Shown: in pieces, positions 49,165-57,989 of the stretch | Layout: every line of letters starts with the position of its first letter | Position numbering within the stretch: position 1 is the stretch's first letter | NCBI GenBank assembly: GCA_024685175.1 | Contig: JAIKWD010000016.1 | Coordinates: 119,757-183,756, forward strand | DNA: 64,000 bases | Direction: 5' to 3' | Origin: Bacteroidales bacterium | GTDB lineage: Bacteria > Bacteroidota > Bacteroidia > Bacteroidales > WCHB1-69 | Made by a program: the position numbers and the translations under genes | The notes under the pieces: model-generated | The model's input: the letters and a program-made list of their open reading frames with translations, nothing else | The model's database searches: none | What the model was told of the DNA's origin: nothing

Positions 49165-49223
49165 ATGAACCAGTGCAGGCGTAGTTCACAACGCCTCCTT
49201 TTTAAGGACCAATGAACCGATGT
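49165..49223 (+). repeat. dispersed ~50-nt element, copy 2 (downstream of tRNA-Phe)
   Basis: ATGAACCAGTGCAGGCGTAGTTCACAACGCCTCCTTTTTAAGGACCAAT followed by a second GAACCGATG. It matches the reverse strand of 27681-27748 at 36/49 positions and has an internal 6-bp hairpin, aggcgt/acgcct. Confidence 0.55.
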
Positions 49224-49310
49224 TGTTATGTCTGCGAAAATCAGCGTAATCTGCGGGCCATTTTTAAATAACAAAAAAGTTAACTGCTATCGGCTTACTG
49301 CTTATTTTAC

Positions 49311-49318
49311 TATCTTTG
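49311..49318 (+). promoter_or_regulatory. -7 box TATCTTTG for pepT
   Basis: Matches TAnnTTTG, 24 nt upstream of the ATG at 49343. Confidence 0.55.
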
Positions 49319-49342
49319 CATTCAATTTAAAAATTCAAAAAA

Positions 49343-50557
49343 ATGAAAGATAATCTCTTGAAACGTTTTTCCAAGTATATCTCTTACGCCACCACTTCCG
49401 ACGAGAGTTCCGAATCCTATCCCAGCACAAAGGCGCTGCTTGACTTCGCCGATGTTATGGTGGACGAGTTGAAGGCCATCGGAATGACAGAAGTGGCCAA
49501 GGACCAATATGGTTATGTAACGGCCCTTTTGCCGGGCAACACGGGCACAAATGAACCGACTATCGGGTTCATCGCCCATATGGACACGGCCCCAGATATG
49601 CCGGGCATCGCCGCTCCGCGCATTGTGGAGAACTATGACGGCAAGGACATTATGCTGGACGCAGAAACCAACACGGCCCTCACCTTGGCCGACTTCCCCG
49701 AGTTGGCAGGATACAAGGGACAGACGTTGCTTGTCACTGACGGCAAGACCCTTTTGGGCGCCGACGACAAAGCGGGCATGGCGGAGATCGTCTGCGCTAT
49801 GGAGTATCTTATCCAACATCCCGAAATCAAGCACGGACCGATTAAGGTTGGTTTCACCCCTGATGAAGAGATCGGCCAGGGTGTCAAATATTTCGATGTG
49901 GAGAAATTTGGCTGCGACTATGCCTACACAATGGATGGCGGTGCCATCGGCGAATTGGAGTTTGAGAACTTCAACGCTGCCTCGGCCGTCATCAAGATTC
50001 AGGGTCGCAACATTCATCCGGGCTATGCCAAGAACAAGATGGTGAACTCCCAACTCATCGCAATGGAGTTCAACGCTATGTTACCGGAGTTCGAGCGTCC
50101 GCAATATACCCAAGACTACGAGGGTTTCTTCCTGCTCATCCGGATGGAGGGAACGGTGGAGAATAGCCAACTCAACTATATCATCCGCGACCACGATCGC
50201 GAGAAGTTCGAGGCGAAGAAACGTCAGATACAGCAAATCGTCGATTTCCTGAACCTGAAATACGACAACCGCCTGACTTGTGAAATCAAGGATCAGTACT
50301 ACAATATGCGGGAGAAGGTGGAGCCGGTGTTTTATGTTGTCGAGCGTGCCATCAAGGCCATTGAAAAGGCGGGCGTGGAGCCGAAGGTCCAACCCATCCG
50401 TGGTGGCACCGACGGAGCCAACCTTTCGTTCCGCGGACTACCGTGCCCCAACATCTTCGCTGGCGGTCACAACTTTCACGGCAAGTACGAGTACGTGCCT
50501 TTGGAGTCGATGGTCAAGGCTACCGAGGTGATTATCAATATTGCGACAAGCAGATAG
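49343..50557 (+). CDS. pepT: peptidase T (tripeptide aminopeptidase, M20B)
   Basis: 404 aa. LLKRFSKYISYATTSDE, HMDTAPD, GADDKAGMAEI and PIRGGTDG are present. Confidence 0.9.
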   Translation: MKDNLLKRFSKYISYATTSDESSESYPSTKALLDFADVMVDELKAIGMTEVAKDQYGYVTALLPGNTGTNEPTIGFIAHMDTAPDMPGIAAPRIVENYDGKDIMLDAETNTALTLADFPELAGYKGQTLLVTDGKTLLGADDKAGMAEIVCAMEYLIQHPEIKHGPIKVGFTPDEEIGQGVKYFDVEKFGCDYAYTMDGGAIGELEFENFNAASAVIKIQGRNIHPGYAKNKMVNSQLIAMEFNAMLPEFERPQYTQDYEGFFLLIRMEGTVENSQLNYIIRDHDREKFEAKKRQIQQIVDFLNLKYDNRLTCEIKDQYYNMREKVEPVFYVVERAIKAIEKAGVEPKVQPIRGGTDGANLSFRGLPCPNIFAGGHNFHGKYEYVPLESMVKATEVIINIATSR

Positions 50558-50590
50558 TCACGAGATTATAGGTGCATTTTCATACAATTC

Positions 50591-50620
50591 AAGGTCATCG
50601 CAAAGCGATGACCTTATTTT
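50591..50620. terminator. bidirectional terminator between pepT and polA
   Basis: aaggtcatcgc-aaa-gcgatgacctt followed by a T-rich run. Confidence 0.7.
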
Positions 50621-50667
50621 GTTTTTTGGATTTTGTTTTTTGGATTTTCCGCGAGCGAAGCGAGCGT

Positions 50668-53343
50668 CTAGTGCGCTTCGAACCAGTTCTTCCCTTCGTT
50701 GATGTCCACGTCCAATGGCACGGAGAGTTGCATAGATCCGCTCATCCGTTTCAGCACCAAGGGCTTCAATACGTCCAATTCGTCCTTGCGGGCGTCGAAC
50801 ACAAGTTCGTCGTGCACTTGGAGGATCATCTTGCTTCGGAGCCCCATTTCCTGCATGTCGCGGTGGATGTCGATCATTGCAATCTTGATGAGGTCGGCGG
50901 CGGTACCTTGGATGGGCGCGTTGATGGCGTTTCGCTCCGCCGCCTTACGCAGGATGCCGTTTTGGGCGTTGATGTCACGGATGTAGCGCCGGCGGCCCAG
51001 CAGGGTTTCCACATACAAGTGCTCGCGCGCAAAGTCGAGCGTGTTGTTCAGATAATCCGTGATCTTCGGAAAACTGCGGTAGTAGTCGGCTATGAGCTGT
51101 CGTGCTTCCGACTGCGGAATCTGCAGCCGGTCGGCGAGTCCGAAAGCGGAAATGCCGTACAGGATACCGAAGTTGACCGTCTTGGCGGAGCGCCGCATAT
51201 CGGGCGTAACTTGGTCCTGCGGCACGCCGAACACGTGGGCGGCCATTGCCCCGTGGATATCCTCGTGGCGACGGAAGGTCTCGATCATCCGCTCGTCGCC
51301 GCATACGTGCGCCACAATTCGCAATTCTATTTGCGAGTAGTCGGCTGCCAGGACGACGTGCTCGTCGTCGGATGCCACAAAGGCCTTGCGGATGTCCCGC
51401 CCACGCTCGGTACGCACAGGGATGTTCTGCAGGTTAGGATTCACCGAACTCAACCGCCCGGTGGAGGTGACCGTCTGCGTGAACGTGGTGTGGATGCGGC
51501 CCGTCTTGGGGTTGATGAGTTGCGGCAGCGCATCGATGTAGGTGGACTTCAACTTGGAGAGTTTGCGCCATTCCAGGATCAACGGCACGATGGGATGCTT
51601 GTGCGCCAGCTTCAGCAACACTTCTTCGCCGGTTTGGTACTGCTTGCTCTTGGTGAGTTTGGCATTCTCGATGATGGCCAAACGCTCAAACAGCACCTCG
51701 CCCAACTGTTTGGGTGAGCCGATGTTGAACTCGACCCCGGCAAAGTCGAAAATCTGACGCTCTAGGTCCTTCAACTCGGCGTTCATCGTTTCGGAATTCT
51801 TCTGCAGGGTGGGAACATCCACTTTTACGCCATTGCGCTCCATTGTGGCCAAGACCGGCACCAAAGGCATCTCCACCTTTTGGAACAAAGATTCCAATTG
51901 GTTGTCTTTTAGCTCTTTAAACAACAAAGGATAAAGTTTGATGTAGCAACTCACCCGCTCAATGGCAGAGGATTGCAGTTCGCCAGCATTGGACTTGAGC
52001 GTATGGTTGAGGAAGGCGGCGCAGATTCTGTCCAAATCGTGTTTGTTCTCGGGTTGTATGAGATAGTGGGCGATTTGCAGGTCGAAGATGGGTGCTTCGG
52101 CAGCTATCTTGAGAGTGTGCAAGTATTTGTAGGTGGGCTTGCTGTCGTATGTGACCACCGTGTGGGTGCCGCCGAAGATCCATTGCAGAAGTTGATGGTA
52201 ATGGCGATGCTCGCTCTCCACAAAGTGGTAGTCGCAAGTCTGGTCATCAAGGGCAAAAGCAAAACCTGCAATGCGGTTGTCCTGCATAATCCAGTCGAAA
52301 TAGACGCACTCGGCGTTGGGGTGCCCTTGTGCGGAAATTTCTTCCAAAGTGTTGATTTGTACGATGTTGGGCGGGGTGATATCCTCTTCTTCCGGTTTGT
52401 CTTCTACAACGCTGCCTTGGCTGAAGAGGTCCATCTCCTGTGCGGGCTGTTGTTTCAGCGACAAATCGGTGAAGATGCGTTGTGACAGTGCACGAAACTC
52501 CAACTCGTCGAAGACGGCTTTCAACTTGGCCGGATCGGGTCCCTTGTAGGCCATATCGTCAAAGTTGTATTCTACGGGTACGTCAATCATAATGGTGGCC
52601 AGTTGTTTCGACATAAAGGCCTCCTCCTTGTGTTCCAGCATCAAGGTGCGAGTTTTTTCGTTGTCCTTGTCGAAGTTGCAGGCGTACATATTCTCGATGG
52701 AGTCGTAATTGGCAAGTAGTTTTTGGGCGCGCACGGGTCCGATGGAAGGCACGCCTGGAATGTTGTCGGAACTGTCGCCCGAGAGGCCGAGGATGTCGAT
52801 GAGTTGTTCGGGACGTTGGATCTTGTATTTGGCGCAGATCTCTTCGGGGCCCAGAATCTCTGCGGGCTGGCCGAACTTGCCCGGCTTGTACATCTTGATA
52901 TTGGGCGACACAAGTTGCCCGTAGTCCTTATCGGAGGTCATCATATAGACGTCGAACCCTTCGATTTCGGCGTGCTTGGCCAGCGTGCCCACGATATCGT
53001 CGGCTTCGTAGCCGTCCATAGCCACCATCGTGACGCGGAAGGCATCGAGAATACGTTGGATGTAAGGGACGGAATTGATGATGTCGTCAGGTGTGGCTTC
53101 GCGATTGGCTTTGTAGTCTTGGAAGTCGGCGTGACGGAAGGTGGGTGCACCCGTGTCGAAAGCCACGGCGATGTGAGTGGGTTTCTCGTTCTTAACCAGT
53201 TCGTAGAACATATTGGTGAAGCCCAGGATGGCCGAGGTGTTCAATCCTTTGGAGGTAAAACGCGGACTTTTGATCATTGCGTAGTAGGCCCTGAAAATCA
53301 GGCCCATAGCGTCAATCAGGAAAAGTTTGGGTTTGGATGGCAT
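50668..53343 (-). CDS. polA: DNA polymerase I
   Basis: 891 aa with an N-terminal 5'-3' exonuclease domain (LIDAMGLIFRAYYA) and polymerase motifs DYSQIELR, RRSAKTVNFGILYG and QVHDELVF. Confidence 0.95.
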   Translation of the reverse strand: MPSKPKLFLIDAMGLIFRAYYAMIKSPRFTSKGLNTSAILGFTNMFYELVKNEKPTHIAVAFDTGAPTFRHADFQDYKANREATPDDIINSVPYIQRILDAFRVTMVAMDGYEADDIVGTLAKHAEIEGFDVYMMTSDKDYGQLVSPNIKMYKPGKFGQPAEILGPEEICAKYKIQRPEQLIDILGLSGDSSDNIPGVPSIGPVRAQKLLANYDSIENMYACNFDKDNEKTRTLMLEHKEEAFMSKQLATIMIDVPVEYNFDDMAYKGPDPAKLKAVFDELEFRALSQRIFTDLSLKQQPAQEMDLFSQGSVVEDKPEEEDITPPNIVQINTLEEISAQGHPNAECVYFDWIMQDNRIAGFAFALDDQTCDYHFVESEHRHYHQLLQWIFGGTHTVVTYDSKPTYKYLHTLKIAAEAPIFDLQIAHYLIQPENKHDLDRICAAFLNHTLKSNAGELQSSAIERVSCYIKLYPLLFKELKDNQLESLFQKVEMPLVPVLATMERNGVKVDVPTLQKNSETMNAELKDLERQIFDFAGVEFNIGSPKQLGEVLFERLAIIENAKLTKSKQYQTGEEVLLKLAHKHPIVPLILEWRKLSKLKSTYIDALPQLINPKTGRIHTTFTQTVTSTGRLSSVNPNLQNIPVRTERGRDIRKAFVASDDEHVVLAADYSQIELRIVAHVCGDERMIETFRRHEDIHGAMAAHVFGVPQDQVTPDMRRSAKTVNFGILYGISAFGLADRLQIPQSEARQLIADYYRSFPKITDYLNNTLDFAREHLYVETLLGRRRYIRDINAQNGILRKAAERNAINAPIQGTAADLIKIAMIDIHRDMQEMGLRSKMILQVHDELVFDARKDELDVLKPLVLKRMSGSMQLSVPLDVDINEGKNWFEAH

Positions 53344-53372
53344 ATAGTATTGTTATTTGGTTTATTAAGGAG

Positions 53373-53392
53373 AGACACACGGCCGTGCGTCT
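53373..53392. repeat. REP-like palindrome AGACACACGG/CCGTGCGTCT (one mismatch)
   Basis: Lies between the yggS stop codon and the polA start, and shares its core with 54134-54153 and 57968-57989. Confidence 0.6.
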
Positions 53393-53408
53393 GTGCAAAA
53401 AATCATAT

Positions 53409-54092
53409 TTAGGGAGTAATCATTTGTGAATAATCTCGAGGACCGAAAATCGCGCTGCCAATGCGAATCATGGTGCTACCCTCCTCTATCGCGATGGGAT
53501 AATCGTCGGTCATGCCCATGGAGATTTCCTTAAAATCGGGATTATCCTGAAAATATTTCTCTTTCAATGTGTTAAAAATCTGATGGAGATGCTGGAACTC
53601 GCGACGCACCTGGTTCATATCTTCCGTGAAGGTTCCCATGCCCATCACACCGCAGATTTTCACATTTTTCAATGTTTGAAATATCTCTCCGTTCAGCATC
53701 CGTTCGCATTCTTCCAAGGTAAAACCGGATTTGGTCTCTTCTTCGGCAATATGAAATTCCAGCAGACATGGTATAACACGCTCATTTTTAATCGCATACT
53801 TGTTCACCTCTTGCAAAAGCGCTTCGCTGTGAATGCTGTGAATCATCGTAACATACGGTGCGATGTATTTGATTTTGTTGGTTTGAAGATACCCGATAAA
53901 ATGCCATTGGATGTCTTTGGGAAGCATTTCGTGCTTGGCTTTCATCTCTTGCGCCTTGTTCTCTCCAAACGCCCGTTGTCCCGCATCATAAAGAATTAGT
54001 ATGTCTTCAACGGGTTTGAATTTAGAGACCGCAATCAGTTGGACATGGGCGGGCAGACCGGATTTTATTTCATTGTATTTTTCGATATTCAT
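53409..54092 (-). CDS. yggS: YggS-family pyridoxal-phosphate homeostasis protein
   Basis: LIAVSKFKP (the PLP lysine), WHFIGYLQTNK and GMTDDYPIAIEEGSTMIRIGSAIFG are present. The start was set at MNIEKY. Confidence 0.85.
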   Translation of the reverse strand: MNIEKYNEIKSGLPAHVQLIAVSKFKPVEDILILYDAGQRAFGENKAQEMKAKHEMLPKDIQWHFIGYLQTNKIKYIAPYVTMIHSIHSEALLQEVNKYAIKNERVIPCLLEFHIAEEETKSGFTLEECERMLNGEIFQTLKNVKICGVMGMGTFTEDMNQVRREFQHLHQIFNTLKEKYFQDNPDFKEISMGMTDDYPIAIEEGSTMIRIGSAIFGPRDYSQMITP

Positions 54093-54098
54093 ATCGTT

Positions 54099-54153
54099 AT
54101 TTTTATTGTTGAGACGCACGATTTTTATTGTTGAGGCGCACGGCCGTGCGTCT
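54099..54153. repeat. tandem 22-nt duplication ending in a REP-like palindrome
   Basis: ATTTTTATTGTTGAGACGCACG (54099-54120) is followed by ATTTTTATTGTTGAGGCGCACG (54121-42), a 21/22 match. The second unit continues into the palindrome AGGCGCACGG/CCGTGCGTCT (54134-53). Confidence 0.65.
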
Positions 54154-54156
54154 TTA

Positions 54157-55281
54157 TTATTCTATGGCTTTCATCATGCAATTCCACAGCCGTTGGGCGG
54201 TGAGGTCCCAACTGAATTTGTTGCGTTGTTGGCGACCCTTTTGGATCAGTTCCTGGCGCAGGGTTTCGTTGGTGGCCAATTTTGTCATGGCGGCGGCAAT
54301 CTCCTCCACCGAATAGGGATCCACGAGCAGTGCGGCGTTGCCGGCCACCTCCGGCATCGAGGTCACGTTGGAGGTGATGACGGCGGTTTCGGCGTTAAAG
54401 GCCTCCACGATAGGGATGCCAAACCCTTCGAAGAGGGTGGCGTAGACCAAGGCGAGGGCGGAGGCCATCACTTCTGCAAGACTATCTGCGGAGAGGCGGC
54501 CCATAAAATGCACATCGTCAGAGAACCGCATATTCTGCAGCACCTCGTCCAGGTCATCCTGTTTGCCGGCGCGTGCGCCTACCACCACGAACTGTGTGTC
54601 CGCCGCGGTCTGTTGCTTGTAGCGCTCGAAGGCGCGCAAGATGTTGGCCAGGTTCTTGCGTTTGTGGATGGCGCTGACGAACAGGAAGTAGGGCCGACCG
54701 CCGGAGACGGACTCGCGTACCCGTGTCTGTTCCTGTGCGGAAAGAGGTTTGTAGACGTCGTTGCTGCCGTTGTAGACCACATCGATATACTCTTCGGGGA
54801 TGCCGTAGAAACGGTGGATGTCGTTTTTGGAAAACTCCGATACCGTGGCGATACGGGCCGCTTTGCGGGCATATTGAGGAAAGAATCGGGTGTAGAAGTT
54901 TTGGTATTTGGTCTCGATATAGTCGGCTGTGTGTTCGAAGTTCAAGTCATGGATGACGTCTACTTGGGGCACGTTGGTATGCAACGACAGCCAGCCGTCG
55001 GTGGAAAGGAACAGGTCGGGTTGGATTTTTCGCAAGGCGCGGGGGATGGCGTATTCAAAGTATATGTACCACAAATAGGGATGTCGCGCGGGAGGGAAGA
55101 GTTCGACGGGGATGACGTTTTCGGCGAAGATGAATTGTTCGTTGTACTTACGGTCGAAGAGAAAATAAAAGGTGTGTTCAGGATGGTTGCGCACAATACG
55201 CTTGAGACTCTCGCAGGTAAACCAGCCGATGCCTTCCAGCCGGTCTTTCAGCAATAATCTTGTATTGACGGCTATTTTCAT
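54157..55281 (-). CDS. glycosyltransferase family 4 (GT-B, Glycos_transf_1)
   Basis: The C-terminal block VYATLFEGFGIPIVEAFNAETAVITSNVTSMPEVAG has the E-x7-E-type motif. The start was set at MKIAVNTRLL, because the longer track ORF overlaps tRNA-Arg. Confidence 0.8.
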   Translation of the reverse strand: MKIAVNTRLLLKDRLEGIGWFTCESLKRIVRNHPEHTFYFLFDRKYNEQFIFAENVIPVELFPPARHPYLWYIYFEYAIPRALRKIQPDLFLSTDGWLSLHTNVPQVDVIHDLNFEHTADYIETKYQNFYTRFFPQYARKAARIATVSEFSKNDIHRFYGIPEEYIDVVYNGSNDVYKPLSAQEQTRVRESVSGGRPYFLFVSAIHKRKNLANILRAFERYKQQTAADTQFVVVGARAGKQDDLDEVLQNMRFSDDVHFMGRLSADSLAEVMASALALVYATLFEGFGIPIVEAFNAETAVITSNVTSMPEVAGNAALLVDPYSVEEIAAAMTKLATNETLRQELIQKGRQQRNKFSWDLTAQRLWNCMMKAIE

Positions 55282-55304
55282 AATGTGCGGCGGTTCAAAA
55301 TCGG

Positions 55305-55378
55305 TGACCCCGGCGGGATTCAAACCCACGACCTTCAGAACCGGAATCTGACGTTCTATTCAGCTAAACTACGGGGCC
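55305..55378 (-). tRNA. tRNA-Arg (anticodon CCG)
   Basis: Hand-folded: acceptor GGCCCCG/CGGGGTC (one G-U pair), anticodon arm TCAGA-TTCCGGT-TCTGA, T arm GTGGG-TTTGAAT-CCCGC. The D loop is AGCTGAATA, with a single G where GG is usual, and the T loop has T at the position that is normally C56. Confidence 0.8.
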
Positions 55379-55421
55379 AAAAAAAATGTTCCCCCAGGAC
55401 CACTGGGGGAACAGAGGTTTT
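55379..55421. terminator. bidirectional terminator directly downstream of serA
   Basis: gttccccca-ggaccac-tgggggaac flanked by an A8 run and a T-run. Confidence 0.7.
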
Positions 55422-55423
55422 TT

Positions 55424-56341
55424 TTATTTGTTCACTTGGAATTTCTTGTCACCGTTGACGAAGAAGTTCACGATCTGGTTGGCGGCAGCCAAACCAGCGT
55501 TGATGTTGGCTTCGGCGGTCTCGGCACCCTGTTTTTTCGGGGTGGCGAAGAAGCGTTTCTCAAACTTGTTGAACTCGTCTAATGCGTCTGGGGCGATATC
55601 CGTGCAATATTTGAGGTCTTCTCTCTCGGCCATCAAGGCGATAAGTTCTTCCTCGTTGATGACTTCCTTGCGGGCGGTGTTGATCACGCAGCCGCCTTTG
55701 GGCATCAAACCGACGAGCGCCTTGTTGATGGACTTCTTGGTCTGGTCGTTGGCAGGGATGTGGAGGGAGATGTAGTTGCAGTTCTTGTACATCTCTTCGA
55801 GGGTGGCGGGAACGACCACGCCTTCGGCTTCCATTTTCTCTTTGGGGACGAAGGGGTCGAAGGCCCACACTTCCATACCGAGGGCGCGTGCTTTTTCTGC
55901 CACGAGGCGGCCGACGTTGCCGTAGGCTTGGATACCGACCTTCTTGCCTTTAAGTTCGGCACCGGTGCCGGGCTTGAAAGTGTTGCGAGCCATATAGATC
56001 ATCATGCCGAGGGCGAGTTCGGCCACGGCGTTGGAGTTTTGGCCAGGGGTGTTCATAGCCACGATGTTGTTGGCAGTACAAGCGGCCAAGTCGAGGTTGT
56101 CGAACCCGGCGCCGGCGCGCACCACAACCTTCAGGTTCTTGGCGGCGTCAATGACCTGTGCCGTCACCTTGTCGGAACGCACGATCATAGCGTCCACGTC
56201 AGCAACTGCTGCGTAGAGTTCCTCAGGGGTTTCATATTTTTCCAATAATGCCAGTTCATAGCCGGCTTTTTCCACGATAGCGCGAATGCCATCGACTGCT
56301 GCCTTTGCAAAAGGCTTTTGTGTTGCGACTAATACTTTCAT
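55424..56341 (-). CDS. serA: D-3-phosphoglycerate dehydrogenase / D-isomer 2-hydroxyacid dehydrogenase
   Basis: The NAD motif GIQAYGNVGRLVA and the catalytic His region are present. The gene lies immediately downstream of serC. The start was set at MKVLVATQKPF. Confidence 0.8.
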   Translation of the reverse strand: MKVLVATQKPFAKAAVDGIRAIVEKAGYELALLEKYETPEELYAAVADVDAMIVRSDKVTAQVIDAAKNLKVVVRAGAGFDNLDLAACTANNIVAMNTPGQNSNAVAELALGMMIYMARNTFKPGTGAELKGKKVGIQAYGNVGRLVAEKARALGMEVWAFDPFVPKEKMEAEGVVVPATLEEMYKNCNYISLHIPANDQTKKSINKALVGLMPKGGCVINTARKEVINEEELIALMAEREDLKYCTDIAPDALDEFNKFEKRFFATPKKQGAETAEANINAGLAAANQIVNFFVNGDKKFQVNK

Positions 56342-56351
56342 TTCTCTTTGA

Positions 56352-57470
56352 TTATTTGTTCTTCTTTTCAAATTCTTGCATACAAGCCACGAGAGCTTCG
56401 ACATCTTCGATGGTGCAGGCGTTGTAGAGGTAAGCGCGGAAACCGCCGACGGAACGGTGACCCTTGATACCGATCATACCGCATTCCTTGGCGTAAGCCA
56501 TAAAGGCGTCTTGCTTGTCCTCGTAACCCGGAGCCATTACCCAGCAGTGGTTCATGATGGAACGGTCGGCCTTGTCGGCAACGGTGCCCACGAACATACT
56601 GTTGCGGTCGATTTCTTCGTACAAGAGGTTGGATTTCTTGAGGTTGATCTTGTTCATCTCGGCTACGCCACCGATGGTGTTCTTCAGCCAAGTGAGGGTT
56701 TCGTGCATCACGAAGATGGGCAGTACGGGAGGAGTGTTGAACATAGAGATGTTCTTGGCCTCTTCTGCGGCATGGGTACGATAGTCAACCATCGTGGGCA
56801 GCGGGTTCATATAGCCGCGCTCGCCAATCTGGCCGAGGATGTCCTTGCGCACGATGACGAAAGTGACACCAGCAGGACCGACGTTCTTTTGGGCACCACC
56901 GTAAATGAGACCGTATTTCTTCACGTCAACAGGACGGCTCATAATGTCGGAAGACATATCGGCCACCAACATGACGTTGTTGATTTCACTGGCGTCGAAG
57001 TCCTTGCGGATCTCGGTACCGTAGATGGTGTTGTTAGTTGTGATGTGGAAGTAGTCGGCGTCGGCGGGAACGGTCCAACCCTTCGGAATGTAGTTGTAAG
57101 TCTTGTCTTCGGAAGAAGCCACGATATCCACTTGACCGAAGTTCTTGGCTTCCTTGGCGGATTTCTTGGCCCAGACACCAGTCTGCAAATAAGCGGCCTT
57201 CGTCTTCATCAGGTTGGCGGGCACCATATAGAATTGGGTGCTGGCACCACCACCGAGGAAAAGCACTTCGTATTCATCGGGGATGTTGAGCAGGTCACGC
57301 CACAATTGACGTGTCTCAGCCATAACACGCTCCCAACCCGGAGTACGGTGGGAAATCTCCATCAAACCGACACCGGTGTTGTCAAAATTGCGAATAGCGT
57401 TGATTGTAGATTCAATCGCTTCTTTGGGAAGGACGCAAGGTCCTGCATTAAAATTATGTACTTCTTTCAT
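56352..57470 (-). CDS. serC: phosphoserine aminotransferase
   Basis: 372 aa. [17 protein letters not shown] and the [14 protein letters not shown]-Lys block are present. Confidence 0.9.
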   Translation of the reverse strand: MKEVHNFNAGPCVLPKEAIESTINAIRNFDNTGVGLMEISHRTPGWERVMAETRQLWRDLLNIPDEYEVLFLGGGASTQFYMVPANLMKTKAAYLQTGVWAKKSAKEAKNFGQVDIVASSEDKTYNYIPKGWTVPADADYFHITTNNTIYGTEIRKDFDASEINNVMLVADMSSDIMSRPVDVKKYGLIYGGAQKNVGPAGVTFVIVRKDILGQIGERGYMNPLPTMVDYRTHAAEEAKNISMFNTPPVLPIFVMHETLTWLKNTIGGVAEMNKINLKKSNLLYEEIDRNSMFVGTVADKADRSIMNHCWVMAPGYEDKQDAFMAYAKECGMIGIKGHRSVGGFRAYLYNACTIEDVEALVACMQEFEKKNK

Positions 57471-57525
57471 AATAAATTGATTATGTGGATGTTGTGAATT
57501 AATTTATCTTTTTTCAATTTCACGG

Positions 57526-57533
57526 CAAAGATA
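57526..57533 (-). promoter_or_regulatory. -7 box TATCTTTG for serC-serA
   Basis: Matches TAnnTTTG on the minus strand, 55 nt upstream of the serC ATG. Confidence 0.5.
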
Positions 57534-57580
57534 CAAAATAAAGTGTATCAATGGTTTTTATTTACATAGGCTGTAAAACG

Positions 57581-57613
57581 AAAAAAAAGGAGGGCTGAAA
57601 AGCTCTCCTTTTT
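57581..57613. terminator. terminator after tRNA-Leu
   Basis: A8, aaggagggc-tgaaaa-gctctcctt, then a T-run. Confidence 0.6.
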
Positions 57614-57618
57614 GGGTG

Positions 57619-57702
57619 TACCGAAGGCCGGGATCGAACCGGCACGAGTGTTACCTCATTGGTTTTTGAGACCAACGCGTCTACCTATTCCGCCACTTCG
57701 GC
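57619..57702 (-). tRNA. tRNA-Leu (anticodon CAA), class II with a long variable arm
   Basis: Hand-folded: acceptor GCCGAAG/CTTCGGT, anticodon arm TTGGT-CTCAAAA-ACCAA, a 15-nt variable arm and T arm GCCGG-TTCGATC-CCGGC. Confidence 0.85.
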
Positions 57703-57712
57703 TTAGCGGCTG

Positions 57713-57720
57713 CAAAAATA
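57713..57720 (-). promoter_or_regulatory. -7 box TATTTTTG for tRNA-Leu
   Basis: Matches TAnnTTTG on the minus strand, 10 nt upstream of the tRNA 5' end. Confidence 0.55.
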
Positions 57721-57819
57721 CACTTTTTTTGCATATTTCGTTTTTTTAGTGAGAATTATTTAATTGGTGGCCAGTAGATAGTGGTCAGTAGTCAGTAATG
57801 ATTAGTCATTAGTGGCCTA

Positions 57820-57948
57820 TTATAAGGCCTTTATGGTCGCCTCGTTCTTGGGGTATGAAGCCGAAGCCAAGCATTTCCCTGTGTCGGCATCCACCAATGA
57901 CGCCTTCACGCTTGAACTTCCGATGTCATATCCTAATAATAAATGCAC
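57820..57948 (-). pseudogene. N-terminal remnant (42 codons) of an FGGY-family sugar kinase (xylulokinase-like)
   Basis: The minus-strand translation is VHLLLGYDIGSSSVKASLVDADTGKCLASASYPKNEATIKAL*. LGYDIGSSSVKA is the FGGY/actin-fold phosphate-1 motif. The frame stops after 42 aa and is followed by low-complexity DNA. Confidence 0.5.
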
Positions 57949-57967
57949 AAAATGCGGTATAAATTAA

Positions 57968-57989
57968 GAGACGCACGATCGTGCGTCTC
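57968..57989. repeat. REP-like perfect 22-nt palindrome GAGACGCACGATCGTGCGTCTC
   Basis: Lies 12 nt downstream of the lysS stop codon and has the same core as 53373-92 and 54134-53. Confidence 0.7.

Noticed and set aside
50572-51717. 381-aa ORF antisense to the polA 3' region (plus the 229-aa ORF at 52723-53412)
   Set aside because: The polA polymerase motifs occupy the sense frame. The antisense products are H/V/G/D-rich with no motif.
54001-55257. 418-aa ORF antisense to the GT4 glycosyltransferase and yggS
   Set aside because: It spans two real genes and an intergenic REP region. It has no domain and is an artefact of GC3-rich antisense DNA.
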